A stretch of DNA of 64,000 nt, from assembly GCA_000092065.1 (NCBI GenBank), contig CP000588.1. One strand, written 5' to 3'. Within the stretch, counting starts at the first letter, position 1. Each line of letters begins with the position of its first letter. The notes below the pieces were generated by a model. It was given only the letters and a program-made list of their open reading frames with translations, did no database searches and was not told the origin of the DNA. The translations under genes and the position numbers were made by a program. This DNA is from Ostreococcus lucimarinus. Lineage: Eukaryota. Of the stretch, positions 60,021 through 64,000 are shown in pieces.

Positions 60021-61322
60021 TCATTTGTTGGAACCGGCACCTTCAGTCTTCTTCGGTTGCCGTCCATTCTTAGCGCTACCCTTGCGCTCGACCCCCCCCT
60101 CTCGTCCCTTCGACTCCTTCTTCCCGTTCGCGCCAACGCCCTTGGCATTGACGACTGAAGCCTTTTTCATCTCAACCACTAAAATCTTGCCGTGAAGCTC
60201 GATTGTCGCCTCTAAAGCCGCCTGCGCCGATGCTGGCTCATCGAAGTCGATGAAAGCAAACTTGGTTTCATGCGACAATTTCGGTGCCTTCAGATTGATG
60301 CCCTTGGCACCACCGAGGACGACACCAAACTTGCTGAACTCGCGCTCAAGATCCTCCACCGTCGATTCGATGAAGATGTTCTTGATGAAGATACCGCATC
60401 CGGGCTTGGTCGCCGCGACCGTTTGCTCCGCCTTATCCGGTGACTTGGAACTCGGCGAGGTAGCGCTCGGCGAGGTCATCGGTGAGATCGTCGCCGCCGT
60501 CGCCGCCGTGGGCTTGGCTGTCGCTGCCGTGGGCTTGGCCGCCGCCGCCGCCGCCGCCGCCGAAGCCGCCATCATCGCGTACGTTCTCGGCTTGCTCGGA
60601 TCCACTTCACCCGCGTCCTCGTCCTCGGTTGACTTGGAGTCACCCTTCGCCTTGTTATCACCACTCTCCTTCTTCGTCGACTTGACCTCCGCCGCCTTAG
60701 TCTTCGACTCCCCCTTGACGTCTTGCTGCTTGGCGCTCGTCTTCGCCTCCTTGGGCGCCTTCTCCCCCGAAGTGTCGACCTTGTCCAAGTATCGAACAAT
60801 GTCGTTCAACACGAAGAAACCGTTTTCCTGAGGCGCAAGCAAGAAAGACTGCACAAAATTGCGCGCAAAATCATCACCTTTTCGTCGCAACGCGCCAGTC
60901 ACTTGCACCAGCACGCCGCCGCCCAGCGTGTGCGAGGCGTCGATCGATTTCACATCCGCCTGGGTCTCGTCGTACCGCATGCTCACAACCTTGTTGTGAA
61001 TGTCCCGTTGCGTACGATACGTCGTTGGCGCATCACTCGCCGCACCGTGCTCTCCACTCACGATGAGCGTCGAATCATTCGTGTAAAACCGATACAGCAC
61101 CGCCGGCGACGTGTGCAAAATCGTGTAAAACTGGTTCACAAACGAATTCCCAACGACTTCCGCCGCGGGCGTCGGCGCACGCGGCGCCATATACGGCACA
61201 ACTCCCGGCGCAACCATCGCCGACGGATGATACACCATCGCCGGCGGCGAGCCTCGACTCGCCGCCGCCGCCGCCGCGCCTCCGCTCGCCGTCGCCGCCG
61301 TCGCCGTCGTCGTCGCCGCCAT
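60021..61322 (-). CDS. G3BP-like NTF2-domain + RRM RNA-binding protein
   Basis: The N-terminal NTF2 fold contains VVGNSFVNQFYTILHTSPAVLYRFYTNDS...GGVLVQVTGAL. The linker is acidic/K-rich. The C-terminal RRM reads CGIFIKNIFIESTVEDLEREFSKFGVV...KFAFIDFDEPASAQAALE. Confidence 0.8.
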   Translation of the reverse strand: MAATTTATAATASGGAAAAAASRGSPPAMVYHPSAMVAPGVVPYMAPRAPTPAAEVVGNSFVNQFYTILHTSPAVLYRFYTNDSTLIVSGEHGAASDAPTTYRTQRDIHNKVVSMRYDETQADVKSIDASHTLGGGVLVQVTGALRRKGDDFARNFVQSFLLAPQENGFFVLNDIVRYLDKVDTSGEKAPKEAKTSAKQQDVKGESKTKAAEVKSTKKESGDNKAKGDSKSTEDEDAGEVDPSKPRTYAMMAASAAAAAAAAKPTAATAKPTAATAATISPMTSPSATSPSSKSPDKAEQTVAATKPGCGIFIKNIFIESTVEDLEREFSKFGVVLGGAKGINLKAPKLSHETKFAFIDFDEPASAQAALEATIELHGKILVVEMKKASVVNAKGVGANGKKESKGREGGVERKGSAKNGRQPKKTEGAGSNK

Positions 61323-62045
61323 CCCTTCCCTGTCCCTCCCTCGCGCGCGCGCTCCACGCGCGCGCTTCAGAGGAATTTACTTACGAGTCGGTCTCGATCG
61401 CGCGCCCGAGCGCGGCGTTCGTTATCCCGTCGCTCCGCGAGCGAGCTGCGTCGTCGCGAACGCGTCGTCGTCAGTCTCTTCTTCGAATCACGACCCGTCG
61501 CGACGCCCAAAAGCCCTGAAAGGATCGATCCTTTCCGCGACGTCGCCGCGTCGCGCGACGCGCGCGTCCCGCCCCGCGCGCGCGATGCGACGCGCGAATA
61601 TCCCCTCGACGCGCGTCGCGCGATCCGAGCCGCGCATCGCGCGCGCGTCGCTCGCGCGCGTCGCTCGCGCGCGCGGTTCCGTCGCGCGCGCGTCCCGTCG
61701 TCGACGGAAACGCGCCGCGCGACGCGCGCGCGACGTCGGCGACGCGCGCGCGCGCGGCGGATCGCGACGAGATTGTTTTTGCGCGTCGCGCGCGCGCGCT
61801 CGAGCGCGCGAACGGGCGAGGGCGACGACGTACCGCGACGAAAAGTGTCGCTGGCTGCGTTGGACGCGTTTCCGGAACGCCTCACCGATTATTGATGGAC
61901 GCGCGAAGCGCCTGGCGCGAGAGACTCGAGAGCGACGCGGCGCATCGACGCGGCGAACGATCGATCGCGAACGGGTTCGCGAGAAATACGAAGGATGATT
62001 GATGTACAACTGGCGCGAGGCGCGCGCGCGGCGATGGGTCGGGCG

Positions 62046-62936
62046 TCAGAGCGACGTCGACGTCGGGTCGAACGTCGGGTCGCTCTGCGAATCCGCGGGA
62101 CGCCGCTCCGCCGCTCGACGCGAGGCGTCGTTATGATTGGTGCGATTGGTGCCGATGCCGACGGTGTTGGCGGCGCGAGGATTGGCGGTGTTGGCGCGAT
62201 TGGCGAGCCGATCGGAGGCGAGTCGCTTGGCGCGAAGGGCGGCGAGCTCGTCGCTCTCGAGTAACCGCTTGCTCGGCACGCGCACGCGCGTCGAGCGCGC
62301 GCCCTCTTTCGCCGTCGCGTCCGCGTCGACGCCGTACTCGGGATCGACGGTCGAGACATTCATCGCGACGGCGTTGACTCGCATCGCCGCCCTGGCCTTA
62401 TTCCGCCCCTCCTGCCGCCGTCGCTCTCGCGACTCTCTCGCCGCCTTTTTCGGCTTGACGGCGCCGCGCGCCGCGCCTGAATCCTCAACCACGTCTCCAT
62501 CGCTCGCGCGTCGCCCCGTCGTCGTCGTCGCCCCGTTCCCTAGCCCGCGCTCGCTCGCGCGTCGTCTTTGTCGTCGTCGTTCCTTCTCCTCCGCGTCTTC
62601 GTCGTCGTCGTCTCCCTCGTCGTCCTCGTCGTCCTCCTCCGTCGCCTCGTCTTCGCTCTGTCCCCGCTCCCTTTCTCGGTCCCGCGCCTCGCCGTCCAGC
62701 ACCACCACGTCCGCGCGCACGTCCTCCATGCGATCGTTCCTCGCCACGAGCGTCCCTCGCCGTCGCGCGCCGTCGCTCGTCGCCTCCAGCTCGAACGACG
62801 CCCACATGTGATGCCCGTCGTCGCACAGCACGTGATGCGCGTGTCGCTCGCGCGCGTCGTGGAACACGACGCACGCCGACACGTCGCGCGCGTAGTCACC
62901 GAACGATATCTTCATGCGCGCGCCGACGAGCGCCAT
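62046..62936 (-). CDS. Hypothetical acidic/basic (likely nuclear) protein
   Basis: It starts at MALVGARMKISFGDYARDVSACVVFHD (ATG at 62936). A structured N-terminal ~90 aa is followed by an E/D-rich then an R/K-rich region. It is divergent from the next gene, 65 bp away. Confidence 0.4.
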   Translation of the reverse strand: MALVGARMKISFGDYARDVSACVVFHDARERHAHHVLCDDGHHMWASFELEATSDGARRRGTLVARNDRMEDVRADVVVLDGEARDRERERGQSEDEATEEDDEDDEGDDDDEDAEEKERRRQRRRASERGLGNGATTTTGRRASDGDVVEDSGAARGAVKPKKAARESRERRRQEGRNKARAAMRVNAVAMNVSTVDPEYGVDADATAKEGARSTRVRVPSKRLLESDELAALRAKRLASDRLANRANTANPRAANTVGIGTNRTNHNDASRRAAERRPADSQSDPTFDPTSTSL

Positions 62937-63002
62937 CGGGTCGTCGGCGCGGCGACGCGGGGACATTCGCCGATTCGCCGCAGTGTGACGCGCGCGACGA
63001 TG

Positions 63003-63995
63003 GGCGCGCGCGCGAGCGCGAACGCGGCGCGCGCGGACGCCGCGACGCTCGTCGAGGCGCTGGCGCTGACGCGTCGGGAACTCGCCGAGGCGTCGGCGGC
63101 GAGAGCGACGGACGCGGCGGCGACGACGGCGGCGAGGGAGACGCTGCGGCGCGAGCTCGAGGCGGCGAGAGAGGGGCGCGCGACGGAGGGGGAGCTGGCG
63201 GACGCGCGCGCGGCGTTGGACGACGCGCGAGAGGCGGCGCGCGGTGCGACGATCGAGACCGAACGGTTGGCGCGCGAGTGCGAGGAGAAGAGGCGGGAAT
63301 TGCGAGCGCTGGAGCGGGAGATCGAGCGCGCGGCCGCCGTCGTCAAAGATAATTTGGCGCGGGAGTTGGCGCGAGCGCGAAGCGCGCGCGACGCGCCGAG
63401 CAAAGTCGTCGCGGTGGCAGAAAAGACGGCGCAAAAGGCTGAGATCGAGGCCGAGGCGCGACTCGCTTTTGAGCGCGCGGCGGAAGCGCGGTTTCGAGCG
63501 GAACTCGAAGCCGAGCGCGCGCGGTACGAATCCAACCTCGACGAGTTGCGATCGAAGCTGGCAAACGCGGCGACGGCAAAAGATGACGCCGAAAGCGAAG
63601 CAGCGTCCTTAAGACGTCGATGTGACGCGCTGGACGAGAGGCTGGCGCGTGATCGCATGGCGTTGCTCGACGCGACGTCGGCGCTCGAGACGCGCGGGCA
63701 GCTCATCGCGACGCTGCGCCGACGTATAGAATCTTTAGAAGCACGCGAGAGCGAGGCGCGTATGGAGCTGAAGCTTCACGCGAAGAAGGATAGAAAGGTC
63801 AAGTTTGACGGCATTCGACAGCATGAATTCGGCGCACCGGTTGCTCGCGTCGAGGCGACGGCGGTGGCGAAATCAAACGTCGAGGCGACGGCGGTGGCGA
63901 AATCAAACGTTGACGAGCAGACGCCGCAGTCTTCCAGCACTCGACGCGCGGCTTTACAAGAGATCCGTCGCGAGCTCGCCGATCTTAGCCAGTGA
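63003..63995 (+). CDS. Hypothetical coiled-coil protein
   Basis: Continuous heptad-rich sequence (ELEAAREGRATEGELADARAALDDAREAARGATIETERLARECEEKRRELRALEREIERAA...). It contains a perfect 30-bp tandem duplication. Confidence 0.45.
   Translation, partial: GARASANAARADAATLVEALALTRRELAEASAARATDAAATTAARETLRRELEAAREGRATEGELADARAALDDAREAARGATIETERLARECEEKRRELRALEREIERAAAVVKDNLARELARARSARDAPSKVVAVAEKTAQKAEIEAEARLAFERAAEARFRAELEAERARYESNLDELRSKLANAATAKDDAESEAASLRRRCDALDERLARDRMALLDATSALETRGQLIATLRRRIESLEARESEARMELKLHAKKDRKVKFDGIRQHEFGAPVARVEATAVAKSNVEATAVAKSNVDEQTPQSSSTRRAALQEIRRELADLSQ
63851..63910 (+). repeat. Perfect 30-bp tandem duplication (2 x 30) in frame (VEATAVAKSN x2)
   Basis: cgaggcgacggcggtggcgaaatcaaacgt occurs twice in tandem, seen directly. 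Confidence 0.9.
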
Positions 63996-64000
63996 CAGTA

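Noticed and set aside
60723-62009. ORFs 60723..61895 (+), 61367..61885 (-) and 61488..62009 (-)
   Set aside because: They are antisense to the G3BP-like gene or lie in the GC-rich spacer. They are arginine-rich with no motif.

Overview
This 64 kb window is very GC-rich (about 65-67% by eye) and gene-dense. It is eukaryotic nuclear DNA, most likely from a picoplanktonic green alga of the Mamiellales (Micromonas/Ostreococcus-like). The gene content supports this: Rab5, Mediator MED10, CCT-beta, LSm7, eIF2B-delta, kinesin-14 and an E2F/DEL factor sit alongside plastid-related genes (FLU, VIPP1, inactive FtsHi, ArgJ, chorismate mutase). Nearly every gene is one uninterrupted ORF. Neighbouring genes on opposite strands often start less than 100 bp apart, and convergent 3' ends sit as close as about 40 bp. 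I call about 40 protein-coding genes. I saw no rRNA, tRNA or CRISPR array. The most unusual loci are: (1) an apparently intact tyrosine-recombinase (phage-integrase-type) gene wedged between housekeeping genes; (2) a single ORF fusing a form-IV RuBisCO-like protein to a C-terminal cupin domain, lying about 1.3 kb from an ACC-synthase-like aminotransferase; (3) one ORF encoding two complete mitochondrial-carrier units in tandem; (4) an FtsH-type AAA protease that has lost its HEXXH zinc site; (5) a eukaryotic tricorn-protease homologue. Items 1, 2 and 5, plus a threonine aldolase, are prokaryote-typical families that all fall within positions 4.5-17.6 kb. The window also holds perfect in-frame tandem duplications in two genes, (CGATG)n repeats in 5' leaders, and palindromic (TCGA)n elements in a divergent promoter. 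Many long antisense ORFs are produced by the GC-rich composition and were rejected. All functional calls come from my reading of the translated ORFs against remembered family motifs; none was checked against a database.
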